A DNA stretch of 50,732 bases from Pseudomonadota bacterium (GTDB lineage: Bacteria; Pseudomonadota; Gammaproteobacteria; Francisellales; Francisellaceae): assembly GCA_027621155.1 (NCBI GenBank), contig JAQCCA010000001.1, forward strand, positions 1 through 50,732. The letters run 5' to 3'. The first letter of the stretch is position 1, and the number at the start of each line of letters is the position of its first letter. A program made the position numbers and the translations under genes. Below the pieces are notes generated by a model. It worked only from the letters and a program-made list of their open reading frames with translations. It was not told the origin of the DNA and searched no databases. This document shows positions 50,015-50,732 of the stretch, one piece after another.

Positions 50015-50428
50015 TTAGGCTTTGATAATGCCTTGCGTTCTTTCTTGATGTTCTTGAATTTCTTTTGCTTGTACCGATAAAGTCGCGGTTGGACGTGCCA
50101 GTAAACGCTGCACACCAATGGGTTCACCTGTCAGCTCACAATAACCATATTCACCATTTTCAATATGCTTTAGTGATTCATTGACTTTGCGTAGTAGCTT
50201 GCTTTGGCGATCAACCGTGCGTAAGTATAGCTGCTGCATTTCCTGAGAAGTAGCAACATCATTTAAATCGGTGTTGCGTTCAGACTCAGCCAAGCTTTTC
50301 TTTGCATCATCAATTGCTTCACTTAACTCTTGTTTTTGCTGAAGTAATAGTTCCTTGAAAAAAGCCAACTGCTCTTCATTCATATATGCATCTTCAGGCA
50401 TATTCAGTAGTTCTTTCTCTGTCAGCAT
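50015..50428 (-). CDS. dksA: RNA polymerase-binding protein DksA (one-cysteine, DksA2-like)
   Basis: YMN.EQL.FF, coiled-coil tip DLNDVA (DxxDxA), YGYCELTGEPIG..RL.ARPTA; GGAGG RBS. Confidence 0.92.
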   Translation of the reverse strand: MLTEKELLNMPEDAYMNEEQLAFFKELLLQQKQELSEAIDDAKKSLAESERNTDLNDVATSQEMQQLYLRTVDRQSKLLRKVNESLKHIENGEYGYCELTGEPIGVQRLLARPTATLSVQAKEIQEHQERTQGIIKA

Positions 50429-50559
50429 AGCGTGCCTCCATTAACGAGTTAGTTTTTTATTAGGGCCTTTTTATATCATAAAAAATAATCGATCACTAAT
50501 AAATTTACTGCATATAAGTAAAAAAAGTAAAACTTTGGCGTTTAGTCAAGAAAATGAGA

Positions 50560-50732
50560 TTAAAAAGTTGATTGAGTTAAGATGTTTTGATTAATGTAAT
50601 TAATATTTGTATGACCACAAAACGCCATGGTTTTGTCTAGCTCATCATAAAGTATTTCTAAAACGCGTCGAACGCCATCTTCGCCATATGCGCCAAGCCC
50701 ATAGATAAAAGCACGTCCAATCATTCCAGCAC
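50560..50732 (-). CDS. 3' end of FMN-dependent alpha-hydroxy acid dehydrogenase (L-lactate dehydrogenase LldD-like), partial
   Basis: Hand translation from 50730: AGMIGRAFIYGLGAYGEDGVRRVLEILYDELDKTMAFCGHTNINYINQNILTQSTF*; GR...YGL.A.G..GV is the family C-terminal motif. Confidence 0.8.
   Translation of the reverse strand, partial: AGMIGRAFIYGLGAYGEDGVRRVLEILYDELDKTMAFCGHTNINYINQNILTQSTF

Overview
AT-rich, gene-dense core chromosome of a gammaproteobacterium. The Tul4/LpnA-like lipoprotein beside prlC-yraN and the gyrA-dxr-bamA-skp order point to a Francisella relative (Thiotrichales, e.g. Fastidiosibacteraceae); this is inference from remembered Francisella gene order. There are about 48 CDSs, mostly housekeeping: spoT, truD, ispF, fabI, glnD, uvrB, kdsD, proS, prlC, kdsB, hisS, gyrA, dxr, bamA, skp, ptsP, rppH, glnA, cydAB, dksA and the 3' end of an lldD-type gene. 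I found no rRNA, tRNA, CRISPR, prophage, integrase or transposase. Signals the ORF track does not explain: (1) a 166-bp near-palindromic element with ERIC-type TATACCC...GGGTATA ends upstream of fabI, with several shorter or degenerate relatives in other gene-upstream regions, i.e. a probable dispersed MITE/structured-RNA family; (2) two unrelated REP-like repeats between convergent genes; (3) an unannotated 53-aa CydX-like small protein. Notable CDSs are a NucS-like nuclease-DUF4268 fusion (possible defence gene) coupled to an MFS pump, a THUMP-less PP-loop thiolase translationally coupled to TusA, a Fis paralog with an altered recognition helix, a one-cysteine DksA and a SWIM-SNF2 ATPase. 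I see no large, clearly novel multi-gene system; all calls rest on motif recognition by eye, without database searches.
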